Source: Yuukianura sp. NJ FZ-2021 (taxonomy: Eukaryota). From it: DNA of 64,000 bases. This document shows positions 1 through 15,000 of the stretch, one piece after another. Under the pieces are notes generated by a model. It saw only the letters and a program-made list of their open reading frames with translations, made no database searches and had not been told where the DNA came from. Positions within the stretch are counted from its first letter, which is position 1. Each line of letters begins with the position of its first letter. Where the stretch lies: positions 930,001 through 994,000 of the forward strand of contig JAJCTO010000009.1 of NCBI GenBank assembly GCA_046563655.1. The letters are read 5' to 3'. The position numbers were made by a program, and so were the translations under genes.

Positions 1-3000
1 AACCCAAGATAAAATCTGAGGCAGAGCGGTTCATTCAGACTTTTAAGTACGCTCTAACCAGATTTAATTGCGATTTATCCACACCAATTAAACTTGGGTT
101 CCTGTAGTACTTTTCAGGAGGTTTTCAGAAAAGTAACTCATTTTCACCCGGCATCGCTCCGCGTGGAGTTTTTTTGAATGATTTGTTTTGAAACAAATTT
201 TCATAAAAAAAAGTCACGAGATGAGGGACGACACAGCAAGTGAAAGTGGGTTCCTGTAGCCCTTTTTATGAGGATTTCAAAAATATACTTGACTTTTACC
301 CAGCATCGTTCTGGAATGCATTTCTTTTGAATTCTTTGTTTTGAAACATGAATTTTCATAAATAAAGGTAACAAGATGAGAAACGACACAGCAAGTGAAA
401 GTGGGTTCCTGTAGCACTTTTTATGAGGATTTCAAAAATGTAATTTACTTTCTGTTCATTCTCACATTTGCATGTTCATTCTCACAAAATTTAAGTCGTT
501 TTGCGTCAAAATGGTGCTCGACATTACCCTGGGTGCCGTATTCCAACCCAAGATAAAATCTGAGGCAGAGCGGTTCATTCAGACTTTTAAGTACGCTCTA
601 ACCAGATTTAATTGCGATCTATCCACTCCAATTAAACTTGGGTTCCTGTAGTACTTTTCAGGAGGATTTCAGAAAAGTAACTCATTTTCACCCGGCATCG
701 CTCCGCGTGGAGTTTTTTTGAATGATTTGTTTTGAAACAAATTTTCATAAAAAAAAGTCACGAGATGAGGGACGACACAGCAAGTGAAAGTGGGTTCCTG
801 TAGCCCTTTTTATGAGGATTTCAAAAATATACTTGACTTTTACCCAGCATCGTTCAGGAATGCATTTCTTTTGAATTCTTTGTTTTGAAACATGAATTTT
901 CATAAATAAAGGTAACAAGATGAGAAACGACACAGCAAGTGAAAGTGGGTTCCTGTAGCACTTTTTATGAGGATTTCAAAAATGTAATTTACTTTCTGTT
1001 CATTCTCACATTTGCATGTTCATTCTCACAAAATTTAAGTCGTTTTGCGTCAAAATGGTGCTCGACATTACCCTGGGTGCCGTATTCCAACCCAAGATAA
1101 AATCTGAGGCAGAGCGGTTCATTCAGACTTTTAAGTACGCTCTAACCAGATTTAATTGCGATTTATCCACACCAATTAAACTTGGGTTCCTGTAGTACTT
1201 TTCAGGAGGTTTTCAGAAAAGTAACTCATTTTCACCCGGCATCGCTCCGCGTGGAGTTTTTTTGAATGATTTGTTTTGAAACAAATTTTCATAAAAAAAG
1301 TCACGAGATGAGGGACGACACAGCAAGTGAAAGTGGGTTCCTGTAGCCCTTTTTATGAGGATTTCAAAAATATACTTGACTTTTACCCAGCATCGTTCTG
1401 GAATGCATTTCTTTTGAATTCTTTGTTTTGAAACATGAATTTTCATAAATAAAGGTAACAAGATGAGAAACGACACAGCAAGTGAAAGTGGGTTCCTGTA
1501 GCACTTTTTATGAGGATTTCAAAAATGTAATTTACTTTCTGTTCATTCTCACATTTGCATGTTCATTCTCACAAAATTTAAGTCGTTTTGCGTCAAAATG
1601 GTGCTCGACATTACCCTGGGTGCCGTATTCCAACCCAAGATAAAATCTGAGGCAGAGCGGTTCATTCAGACTTTTAAGTACGCTCTAACCAGATTTAATT
1701 GCGATCTATCCACTCCAATTAAACTTGGGTTCCTGTAGTACTTTTCAGGAGGATTTCAGAAAAGTAACTCATTTTCACCTGGCATCGCTCCGCGTGGAGG
1801 TTTTTCGAATGATTTGTTTTGAAACAAATTTTCATAAAAAAAGTCACGAGATGAGGGACGACACAGCAAGTGAAAGTGGGTTCCTGTAGCCCTTTTTATG
1901 AGTATTTCAAAAATATAGTTGACTTTTACCCAGCATCGTTCTGGAATGTATTTCTTTTGAATTCTTTGTTTTGAAACATGAATTTTCATAAATAAAGGTA
2001 ACAAGATGAGAAACGACACAGCAAGTGAAAGTGGGTTCCTGTAGCACTTTTTATGAGGATTTCAAAAATGTAATTTACTTTCTGTTCATTCTCACATTTG
2101 CATGTTCATTCTCACAAAATTTAAGTCGTTTTGCGTCAAAATGGTGCTCGACATTACCCTGGGTGCCGTATTCCAACCCAAGATAAAATCTGAGGCAGAG
2201 CGGTTCATTCAGACTTTTAAGTACGCTCTAACCAGATTTAATTGCGATTTATCCACACCAATTAAACTTGGGTTCCTGTAGTACTTTTCAGGAGGTTTTC
2301 AGAAAAGTAACTCATTTTCACCCGGCATCGCTCCGCGTGGAGTTTTTTTGAATGATTTGTTTTGAAACAAATTTTCATAAAAAAAGTCACGAGATGAGGG
2401 ACGACACAGCAAGTGAAAGTGGGTTCCTGTAGCCCTTTTTATGAGGATTTCAAAAATATACTTGACTTTTACCCAGCATCGTTCAGGAATGCATTTCTTT
2501 TGAATTCTTTGTTTTGAAACATGAATTTTCATAAATAAAGGTAACAAGATGAGAAACGACACAGCAAGTGAAAGTGGGTTCCTGTAGCACTTTTTATGAG
2601 GATTTCAAAAATGTAATTTACTTTCTGTTCATTCTCACATTTGCATGTTCATTCTCACAAAATTTAAGTCGTTTTGCGTCAAAATGGTGCTCGACGTTAC
2701 CCTGGGTGCCGTATTCCAACCCAAGATAAAATCTGAGGCAGAGCGGTTCATTCAGACTTTTAAGTACGCTCTAACCAGATTTAATTGCGATTTATCCACA
2801 CCAATTAAACTTGGGTTCCTGTAGTACTTTTCAGGAGGTTTTCAGAAAAGTAACTCATTTTCACCCGGCATCGCTCCGCGTGGAGTTTTTTTGAATGATT
2901 TGTTTTGAAACAAATTTTCATAAAAAAAGTCACGAGATGAGGGACGACACAGCAAGTGAAAGTGGGTTCCTGTAGCCCTTTTTATGAGGATTTCAAAAAT

Positions 3001-6000
3001 ATAGTTGACTTTTATCCAGCATCGTTCTGGAATGCATTTCTTTTGAATTCTTTTTTCTGAAACATGAATTTTCATAAATAAAGGTAACAAGATGAGAAAC
3101 GACACAGCAAGTGAAAGTGGGTTCCTGTAGCACTTTTTATGAGGATTTCAAAAATGTAATTTACTTTCTGTTCATTCTCACATTTGCATGTTCATTCTCA
3201 CAAATTTAAGTTGTTTTGCGTCAAAATGGTGCTCGACATTACCCTGGGTGCCGTATTCCAACCCAAGATAAAATCTGAGGCAGAGCGGTTCATTCAGACT
3301 TTTAAGTACGCTCTAACCAGATTTAATTGCGATCTATCCACGCCAATTAAACTTGTGTTCCTGTAGTACTTTTCAGGAGGATTTCAGAAAAGTAACTCAT
3401 TTTCACCTGGCATCGCTCCGCGTGGAGGTTTTTCGAATGATTTGTTTTGAAACAAATTTTCATAAAACAAAGTCACGAGATGAGGGACGACACAGCAAGT
3501 GAAAGTGGGTTCCTGTAGCCCTTTTTATGAGGATTTCAAAAATATACTTGACTTTTACCCAGCATCGTTCAGGAATGCATTTCTTTTGAATTCTTTGTTT
3601 TGAAACATGAATTTTCATAAATAAAGGTAACAAGATGAGAAACGACACAGCAAGTGAAAGTGGGTTCCTGTAGCACTTTTTATGAGGATTTCAAAAATGT
3701 AATTTACTTTCTGTTCATTCTCACATTTGCATGTTCATTCTCACAAAATTTAAGTCGTTTTGCGTCAAAATGGTGCTCGACATTACCCTGGGTGCCGTAT
3801 TCCAACCCAAGATAAAATCTGAGGCAGAGCGGTTCATTCAGACTTTTAAGTACGCTCTAACCAGATTTAATTGCGATTTATCCACACCAATTAAACTTGG
3901 GTTCCTGTAGTACTTTTCAGGAGGTTTTCAGAAAAGTAACTCATTTTCACCAGGCATCGCTCCGCGTGGAGTTTTTTTGAATGATTTGTTTTGAAACAAA
4001 TTTTCATAAAAAAAAGTCACGAGATGAGGGACGACACAGCAAGTGAAAGTGGGTTCCTGTAGCCCTTTTTATGAGGATTTCAAAAATATATTTTGAAACA
4101 TGAATTTTCATAAATAAAGGTAACAAGATGAGAAACGACACAGCAAGTGAAAGTGGGTTCCTGTAGCACTTTTTATGAGGATTTCAAAAATGTAATTTAC
4201 TTTCTGTTCATTCTCACATTTGCATGTTCATTCTCACAAAATTTAAGTCGTTTTGCGTCAAAATGGTGCTCGACATTACCCTGGGTGCCGTATTCCAACC
4301 CAAGATAAAATCTGAGGCAGAGCGGTTCATTCAGACTTTTAAGTACGCTCTAACCAGATTTAATTGCGATTTATCCACACCAATTAAACTTGGGTTCCTG
4401 TAGTACTTTTCAGGAGGTTTTCAGAAAAGTAACTCATTTTCACCCGGCATCGCTCCGCGTGGAGTTTTTTTGAATGATTTGTTTTGAAACAAATTTTCAT
4501 AAAAAAAGTCACGAGATGAGGGACGACACAGCAAGTGAAAGTGGGTTCCTGTAGCCCTTTTTATGAGGATTTCAAAAATATAGTTGACTTTTATCCAGCA
4601 TCGTTCTGGAATGCATTTCTTTTGAATTCTTTGTTTTGAAACATGAATTTTCATAAATAAAGGTAACAAGATGAGAAACGACACAGCAAGTGAAAGTGGG
4701 TTCCTGTAGCACTTTTTATGAGGATTTCAAAAATGTAATTTACTTTCTGTTCATTCTCACATTTGCATGTTCATTCTCACAAAATTTAAGTCGTTTTGCG
4801 TCAAAATGGTGCTCGACGTTACCCTGGGTGCCGTATTCCAACCCAAGATAAAATCTGAGGCAGAGCGGTTCATTCAGACTTTTAAGTACGCTCTAACCAG
4901 ATTTAATTGCGATTTATCCACACCAATTAAACTTGGGTTCCTGTAGTACTTTTCAGGAGGTTTTCAGAAAAGTAACTCATTTTCACCCGGCATCGCTCCG
5001 CGTGGAGTTTTTTTGAATGATTTGTTTTGAAACAAATTTTCATAAAAAAGTCACGAGATGAGGGACGACACAGCAAGTGAAAGTGGGTTCCTGTAGCCCT
5101 TTTTATGAGGATTTCAAAAATATAGTTGACTTTTATCCAGCATCGTTCTGGAATGCATTTCTTTTGAATTCTTTTTTCTGAAACATGAATTTTCATAAAT
5201 AAAGGTAACAAGATGAGAAACGACACAGCAAGTGACAGAGGGTTCCTGTAGCACTTTTTATGAGGATTTCAAAAATGTAATTTACTTTCTGTTCATTCTC
5301 ACATTTGCATGTTCATTCTCACAAATTTAAGTTGTTTTGCGTCAAAATGGTGCTCGACATTACCCTGGGTGCCGTATTCCAACCCAAGATAAAATCTGAG
5401 GCAGAGCGGTTCATTCAGACTTTTATGTACGCTCTAACCAGATTTAATTGCGATCTATCCACGCCAATTAAACTTGTGTTCCTGTAGTACTTTTCAGGAG
5501 GATTTCAGAAAAGTAACTCCTTTTCACCCGGCATCGCTCCGCGTGGAGGTTTTTTGAATGATTTGTTTTGAAACAAATTTTCATAAAACAAAGTCACGAG
5601 ATGAGGGACGACACAGCAAGTGAAAGTGGGTTCCTGTAGCCCTTTTTATGAGGATTTCAAAAATATACTTGACTTTTACCCAGCATCGTTCAGGAATGCA
5701 TTTCTTTTGAATTCTTTGTTTTGAAACATGAATTTTCATAAATAAAGGTAACAAGATGAGAAACGACACAGCAAGTGAAAGTGGGTTCCTGTAGCACTTT
5801 TTATGAGGATTTCAAAAATGTAATTTACTTTCTGTTCATTCTCACATTTGCATGTTCATTCTCACAAAATTTAAGTCGTTTTGCGTCAAAATGGTGCTCG
5901 ACGTTACCCTGGGTGCCGTATTCCAACCCAAGATAAAATCTGAGGCAGAGCGGTTCATTCAGACTTTTAAGTACGCTCTAACCAGATTTAATTGCGATTT

Positions 6001-9000
6001 ATCCACACCAATTAAACTTGGGTTCCTGTAGTACTTTTCAGGAGGTTTTCAGAAAAGTAACTCATTTTCACCCGGCATCGCTCCGCGTGGAGTTTTTTGA
6101 ATGATTTGTTTTGAAACAAATTTTCATAAAAAAAGTCACGAGATGAGGGACGACACAGCAAGTGAAAGTGGGTTCCTGTAGCCCTTTTTATGAGGATTTC
6201 AAAAATATACTTGACTTTTACCCAGCATCGTTCTGGAATGCATTTCTTTTGAATTCTTTGTTTTGAAACATGAATTTTCATAAATAAAGGTAACAAGATG
6301 AGAAACGACACAGCAAGTGAAAGTGGGTTCCTGTAGCACTTTTTATGAGGATTTCAAAAATGTAATTTACTTTCTGTTCATTCTCACATTTGCATGTTCA
6401 TTCTCACAAAATTTAAGTCGTTTTGCGTCAAAATGGTGCTCGACGTTACCCTGGGTGCCGTATTCCAACCCAAGATAAAATCTGAGGCAGAGCGGTTCAT
6501 TCAGACTTTTAAGTACGCTCTAACCAGATTTAATTGCGATCTATCCACGCCAATTAAACTTGTGTTCCTGTAGTACTTTTCAGGAGGATTTCAGAAAAGT
6601 AACTCCTTTTCACCCGGCATCGCTCCGCGTGGAGGTTTTTTGAATGATTTGTTTTGAAACAAATTTTCATAAAACAAAGTCACGAGATGAGGGACGACAC
6701 AGCAAGTGAAAGTGGGTTCCTGTAGCCCTTTTTATGAGGATTTCAAAAATATACTTGACTTTTACCCAGCATCGTTCAGGAATGCATTTCTTTTGAATTC
6801 TTTGTTTTGAAACATGAATTTTCATAAATAAAGGTAACAAGATGAGAAACGACACAGCAAGTGAAAGTGGGTTCCTGTAGCACTTTTTATGAGGATTTCA
6901 AAAATGTAATTTACTTTCTGTTCATTCTCACATTTGCATGTTCATTCTCACAAATTTAAGTCGTTTTGCGTCAAAATGGTGCTCGACATTACCCTGGGTG
7001 CCGTATTCCAACCCAAGATAAAATCTGAGGCAGAGCGGTTCATTCAGACTTGTAAGTACGCTCTAACCAGATTTAATTGCGATCTATCCACGCCAATTAA
7101 ACTTGTGTTCCTGTAGTACTTTTCAGGAGGATTTCAGAAAAGTAACTCCTTTTCACCCGGCATCGCTCCGCGTGGAGGTTTTTCGAATGATTTGTTTTGA
7201 AACAAATTTTCATAAAAAAAGTCACGAGATGAGGGACGACACAGCAAGTGAAAGTGGGTTCCTGTAGCCCTTTTTATGAGGATTTCAAAAATATACTTGA
7301 CTTTTACCCAGCATCGTTCAGGAATGCATTTCTTTTGAATTCTTTGTTTTGAAACATGAATTTTCATAAATAAAGGTAACAAGATGAGAAACGACACAGC
7401 AAGTGAAAGTGGGTTCCTGTAGCACTTTTTATGAGGATTTCAAAAATGTAATTTACTTTCTGTTCATTCTCACATTTGCATGTTCATTCTCACAAAATTT
7501 AAGTCGTTTTGCGTCAAAATGGTGCTCGACGTTACCCTGGGTGCCGTATTCCAACCCAAGATAAAATCTGAGGCAGAGCGGTTCATTCAGACTTTTAAGT
7601 ACGCTCTAACCAGATTTAATTGCGATCTATCCACGCCAATTAAACTTGTGTTCCTGTAGTACTTTTCAGGAGGATTTCAGAAAAGTAACTCCTTTTCACC
7701 CGGCATCGCTCCGCGTGGAGGTTTTTTGAATGATTTGTTTTGAAACAAATTTTCATAAAACAAAGTCACGAGATGAGGGACGACACAGCAAGTGAAAGTG
7801 GGTTCCTGTAGCCCTTTTTATGAGGATTTCAAAAATATACTTGACTTTTACCCAGCATCGTTCAGGAATGCATTTCTTTTGAATTCTTTGTTTTGAAACA
7901 TGAATTTTCATAAATAAAGGTAACAAGATGAGAAACGACACAGCAAGTGAAAGTGGGTTCCTGTAGCACTTTTTATGAGGATTTCAAAAATGTAATTTAC
8001 TTTCTGTTCATTCTCACATTTGCATGTTCATTCTCACAAAATTTAAGTCGTTTTGCGTCAAAATGGTGCTCGACGTTACCCTGGGTGCCGTATTCCAACC
8101 CAAGATAAAATCTGAGGCAGAGCGGTTCATTCAGACTTTTAAGTACGCTCTAACCAGATTTAATTGCGATTTATCCACACCAATTAAACTTGGGTTCCTG
8201 TAGTACTTTTCAGGAGGTTTTCAGAAAAGTAACTCATTTTCACCCGGCATCGCTCCGCGTGGAGTTTTTTTGAATGATTTGTTTTGAAACAAATTTTCAT
8301 AAAAAAAAGTCACGAGATGAGGGACGACACAGCAAGTGAAAGTGGGTTCCTGTAGCCCTTTTTATGAGGATTTCAAAAATATAGTTGACTTTTATCCAGC
8401 ATCGTTCTGGAATGCATTTCTTTTGAATTCTTTTTTCTGAAACATGAATTTTCATAAATAAAGGTAACAAGATGAGAAACGACACAGCAAGTGAAAGTGG
8501 GTTCCTGTAGCACTTTTTATGAGGATTTCAAAAATGTAATTTACTTTCTGTTCATTCTCACATTTGCATGTTCATTCTCACAAATTTAAGTTGTTTTGCG
8601 TCAAAATGGTGCTCGACATTACCCTGGGTGCCGTATTCCAACCCAAGATAAAATCTGAGGCAGAGCGGTTCATTCAGACTTTTAAGTACGCTCTAACCAG
8701 ATTTAATTGCGATCTATCCACGCCAATTAAACTTGTGTTCCTGTAGTACTTTTCAGGAGGATTTCAGAAAAGTAACTCCTTTTCACCCGGCATCGCTCCG
8801 CGTGGAGGTTTTTTGAATGATTTGTTTTGAAACAAATTTTCATAAAACAAAGTCACGAGATGAGGGACGACACAGCAAGTGAAAGTGGGTTCCTGTAGCC
8901 CTTTTTATGAGGATTTCAAAAATATACTTGACTTTTACCCAGCATCGTTCAGGAATGCATTTCTTTTGAATTCTTTGTTTTGAAACATGAATTTTCATAA

Positions 9001-12000
9001 ATAAAGGTAACAAGATGAGAAACGACACAGCAAGTGAAAGTGGGTTCCTGTAGCACTTTTTATGAGGATTTCAAAAATGTAATTTACTTTCTGTTCATTC
9101 TCACATTTGCATGTTCATTCTCACAAAATTTAAGTCGTTTTGCGTCAAAATGGTGCTCGACGTTACCCTGGGTGCCGTATTCCAACCCAAGATAAAATCT
9201 GAGGCAGAGCGGTTCATTCAGACTTTTAAGTACGCTCTAACCAGATTTAATTGCGATTTATCCACACCAATTAAACTTGGGTTCCTGTAGTACTTTTCAG
9301 GAGGTTTTCAGAAAAGTAACTCATTTTCACCCGGCATCGCTCCGCGTGGAGTTTTTTTGAATGATTTGTTTTGAAACAAATTTTCATAAAAAAAAGTCAC
9401 GAGATGAGGGACGACACAGCAAGTGAAAGTGGGTTCCTGTAGCCCTTTTTATGAGGATTTCAAAAATATAGTTGACTTTTATCCAGCATCGTTCTGGAAT
9501 GCATTTCTTTTGAATTCTTTTTTCTGAAACATGAATTTTCATAAATAAAGGTAACAAGATGAGAAACGACACAGCAAGTGAAAGTGGGTTCCTGTAGCAC
9601 TTTTTATGAGGATTTCAAAAATGTAATTTACTTTCTGTTCATTCTCACATTTGCATGTTCATTCTCACAAAATTTAAGTCGTTTTGCGTCAAAATGGTGC
9701 TCGACATTACCCTGGGTGCCGTATTCCAACCCAAGATAAAATCTGAGGCAGAGCGGTTCATTCAGACTTGTAAGTACGCTCTAACCAGATTTAATTGCGA
9801 TCTATCCACGCCAATTAAACTTGTGTTCCTGTAGTACTTTTCAGGAGGATTTCAGAAAAGTAACTCCTTTTCACCCGGCATCGCTCCGCGTGGAGGTTTT
9901 TTGAATGATTTGTTTTGAAACAAATTTTCATAAAACAAAGTCACGAGATGAGGGACGACACAGCAAGTGAAAGTGGGTTCCTGTAGCCCTTTTTATGAGG
10001 ATTTCAAAAATATACTTGACTTTTACCCAGCATCGTTCAGGAATGCATTTCTTTTGAATTCTTTGTTTTGAAACATGAATTTTCATAAATAAAGGTAACA
10101 AGATGAGAAACGACACAGCAAGTGAAAGTGGGTTCCTGTAGCACTTTTTATGAGGATTTCAAAAATGTAATTTACTTTCTGTTCATTCTCACATTTGCAT
10201 GTTCATTCTCACAAAATTTAAGTCGTTTTGCGTCAAAATGGTGCTCGACGTTACCCTGGGTGCCGTATTCCAACCCAAGATAAAATCTGAGGCAGAGCGG
10301 TTCATTCAGACTTTTAAGTACGCTCTAACCAGATTTAATTGCGATTTATCCACACCAATTAAACTTGGGTTCCTGTAGTACTTTTCAGGAGGTTTTCAGA
10401 AAAGTAACTCATTTTCACCCGGCATCGCTCCGCGTGGAGTTTTTTGAATGATTTGTTTTGAAACAAATTTTCATAAAAAAAGTCACGAGATGAGGGACGA
10501 CACAGCAAGTGAAAGTGGGTTCCTGTAGCCCTTTTTATGAGGATTTCAAAAATATAGTTGACTTTTATCCAGCATCGTTCTGGAATGCATTTCTTTTGAA
10601 TTCTTTTTTCTGAAACATGAATTTTCATAAATAAAGGTAACAAGATGAGAAACGACACAGCAAGTGAAAGTGGGTTCCTGTAGCACTTTTTATGAGGATT
10701 TCAAAAATGTAATTTACTTTCTGTTCATTCTCACATTTGCATGTTCATTCTCACAAAATTTAAGTCGTTTTGCGTCAAAATGGTGCTCGACGTTACCCTG
10801 GGTGCCGTATTCCAACCCAAGATAAAATCTGAGGCAGAGCGGTTCATTCAGACTTTTAAGTACGCTCTAACCAGATTTAATTGCGATTTATCCACACCAA
10901 TTAAACTTGGGTTCCTGTAGTACTTTTCAGGAGGTTTTCAGAAAAGTAACTCATTTTCACCCGGCATCGCTCCGCGTGGAGTTTTTTTGAATGATTTGTT
11001 TTGAAACAAATTTTCATAAAAAAAGTCACGAGATGAGGGACGACACAGCAAGTGAAAGTGGGTTCCTGTAGCCCTTTTTATGAGTATTTCAAAAATATAG
11101 TTGACTTTTACCCAGCATCGTTCTGGAATGTATTTCTTTTGAATTCTTTGTTTTGAAACATGAATTTTCATAAATAAAGGTAACAAGATGAGAAACGACA
11201 CAGCAAGTGAAAGTGGGTTCCTGTAAAACTTTTTATGAGGATTTCAAAAATGTAATTTACTTTCTGTTCATTCTCACATTTGCATGTTCATTCTCACAAA
11301 TTTAAGTCGTTTTGCGTCAAAATGGTGCTCGACATTACCCTGGGTGCCGTATTCCAACCCAAGATAAAATCTGAGGCAGAGCGGTTCATTCAGACTTTTA
11401 AGTACGCTCTAACCAGATTTAATTGCGATTTATCCACACCAATTAAACTTGGGTTCCTGTAGTACTTTTCAGGAGGATTTCAGAAAAGTAACTCATTTTC
11501 ACCTGGCATCGCTCCGCGTGGAGTTTTTTTGAATGATTTGTTTTGAAACAAATTTTCATAAAACAAAGTCACGAGATGAGGGACGACACAGCAAGTGAAA
11601 GTGGGTTCCTGTAGCCCTTTTTATGAGGATTTCAAAAATATACTTGACTTTTACCCAGCATCGTTCAGGAATGCATTTCTTTTGAATTCTTTGTTTTGAA
11701 ACATGAATTTTCATAAATAAAGGTAACAAGATGAGAAACGACACAGCAAGTGAAAGTGGGTTCCTGTAGCACTTTTTATGAGGATTTCAAAAATGTAATT
11801 TACTTTCTGTTCATTCTCACATTTGCATGTTCATTCTCACAAAATTTAAGTCGTTTTGCGTCAAAATGGTGCTCGACGTTACCCTGGGTGCCGTATTCCA
11901 ACCCAAGATAAAATCTGAGGCAGAGCGGTTCATTCAGACTTTTAAGTACGCTCTAACCAGATTTAATTGCGATTTATCCACACCAATTAAACTTGGGTTC

Positions 12001-15000
12001 CTGTAGTACTTTTCAGGAGGTTTTCAGAAAAGTAACTCATTTTCACCCGGCATCGCTCCGCGTGGAGTTTTTTTGAATGATTTGTTTTGAAACAAATTTT
12101 CATAAAAAAAGTCACGAGATGAGGGACGACACAGCAAGTGAAAGTGGGTTCCTGTAGCCCTTTTTATGAGGATTTCAAAAATATAGTTGACTTTTATCCA
12201 GCATCGTTCTGGAATGCATTTCTTTTGAATTCTTTTTTCTGAAACATGAATTTTCATAAATAAAGGTAACAAGATGAGAAACGACACAGCAAGTGAAAGT
12301 GGGTTCCTGTAGCACTTTTTATGAGGATTTCAAAAATGTAATTTACTTTCTGTTCATTCTCACATTTGCATGTTCATTCTCACAAAATTTAAGTCGTTTT
12401 GCGTCAAAATGGTGCTCGACATTACCCTGGGTGCCGTATTCCAACCCAAGATAAAATCTGAGGCAGAGCGGTTCATTCAGACTTTTAAGTACGCTCTAAC
12501 CAGATTTAATTGCGATCTATCCACTCCAATTAAACTTGGGTTCCTGTAGTACTTTTCAGGAGGTTTTCAGAAAAGTAACTCATTTTCACCCGGCATCGCT
12601 CCGCGTGGAGGTTTTTTTGAATGATTTGTTTTGAAACAAATTTTCATAAAACAAAGTCACGAGATGAGGGACGACACAGCAAGTGAAAGTGGGTTCCTGT
12701 AGCCCTTTTTATGAGGATTTCAAAAATATACTTGACTTTTACCCAGCATCGTTCTGGAATGCATTTCTTTTGAATTCTTTGTTTTGAAACATGAATTTTC
12801 ATAAATAAAGGTAACAAGATGAGAAACGACACAGCAAGTGAAAGTGGGTTCCTGTAGCACTTTTTATGAGGATTTCAAAAATGTAATTTACTTTCTGTTC
12901 ATTCTCACATTTGCATGTTCATTCTCACAAAATTTAAGTCGTTTTGCGTCAAAATGGTGCTCGACGTTACCCTGGGTGCCGTATTCCAACCCAAGATAAA
13001 ATCTGAGGCAGAGCGGTTCATTCAGACTTTTAAGTACGCTCTAACCAGATTTAATTGCGATTTATCCACACCAATTAAACTTGGGTTCCTGTAGTACTTT
13101 TCAGGAGGTTTTCAGAAAAGTAACTCATTTTCACCCGGCATCGCTCCGCGTGGAGTTTTTTTGAATGATTTGTTTTGAAACAAATTTTCATAAAAAAAAA
13201 GTCACGAGATGAGGGACGACACAGCAAGTGAAAGTGGGTTCCTGTAGCCCTTTTTATGAGGATTTCAAAAATATAGTTGACTTTTACCCAGCATCGTTCA
13301 GGAATGCATTTCTTTTGAATTCTTTGTTTTGAAACATGAATTTTCATAAATAAAGGTAACAAGATGAGAAACGACACAGCAAGTGAAAGTGGGTTCCTGT
13401 AGCACTTTTTATGAGGATTTCAAAAATGTAATTTACTTTCTGTTCATTCTCACATTTGCATGTTCATTCTCACAAAATTTAAGTCGTTTTGCGTCAAAAT
13501 GGTGCTCGACGTTACCCTGGGTGCCGTATTCCAACCCAAGATAAAATCTGAGGCAGAGCGGTTCATTCAGACTTTTAAGTACGCTCTAACCAGATTTAAT
13601 TGCGATTTATCCACACCAATTAAACTTGGGTTCCTGTAGTACTTTTCAGGAGGTTTTCAGAAAAGTAACTCATTTTCACCCGGCATCGCTCCGCGTGGAG
13701 TTTTTTTGAATGATTTGTTTTGAAACAAATTTTCATAAAAAAAGTCACGAGATGAGGGACGACACAGCAAGTGAAAGTGGGTTCCTGTAGCCCTTTTTAT
13801 GAGGATTTCAAAAATATAGTTGACTTTTATCCAGCATCGTTCTGGAATGCATTTCTTTTGAATTCTTTTTTCTGAAACATGAATTTTCATAAATAAAGGT
13901 AACAAGATGAGAAACGACACAGCAAGTGAAAGAGGGTTCCTGTAGCACTTTTTATGAGGATTTCAAAAATGTAATTTACTTTCTGTTCATTCTCACATTT
14001 GCATGTTCACTCTCACAAAATTTAAGTTGTTTTGCGTCAAAATGGTGCTCGACATTGCCCTGGGTGCCGTATTCCAACCCAAGGTAAAATCAGAGGCAGA
14101 GCGGTTCATTCAGACTTGTAAGTACGCTCTAACCAGATTTAATTGCGATCTATCCACGCCAATTAAACTTGTGTTCCTGTAGTACTTTTCAGGAGGATTT
14201 CAGAAAAGTAACTCCTTTTCACCCGGCATCGCTCCGCGTGGAGGTTTTTTGAATGATTTGTTTTGAAACAAATTTTCATAAAAAAAAAGTCACGAGATGA
14301 GGGACGACACAGCAAGTGAAAGTGGGTTCCTGTAGCCCTTTTTATGAGTATTTCAAAAATATAGTTGACTTTTACCCAGCATCGTTCTGGAATGTATTTC
14401 TTTTGAATTCTTTGTTTTGAAACATGAATTTTCATAAATAAAGGTAACAAGATGAGAAACGACACAGCAAGTGAAAGTGGGTTCCTGTAGCACTTTTTAT
14501 GAGGATTTCAAAAATGTAATTTACTTTCTGTTCATTCTCACATTTGCATGTTCATTCTCACAAAATTTAAGTCGTTTTGCGTCAAAATGGTGCTCGACAT
14601 TACCCTGGGTGCCGTATTCCAACCCAAGATAAAATCTGAGGCAGAGCGGTTCATTCAGACTTTTAAGTACGCTCTAACCAGATTTAATTGCGATTTATCC
14701 ACACCAATTAAACTTGGGTTCCTGTAGTACTTTTCAGGAGGTTTTCAGAAAAGTAACTCATTTTCACCAGGCATCGCTCCGCGTGGAGTTTTTTTGAATG
14801 ATTTGTTTTGAAACAAATTTTCATAAGAAAAAGTCACGAGATGAGGGACGACACAGCAAGTGAAAGTGGGTTCCTGTAGCCCTTTTTATGAGTATTTCAA
14901 AAATATAGTTGACTTTTACCCAGCATCGTTCTGGAATGTATTTCTTTTGAATTCTTTGTTTTGAAACATGAATTTTCATAAATAAAGGTAACAAGATGAG

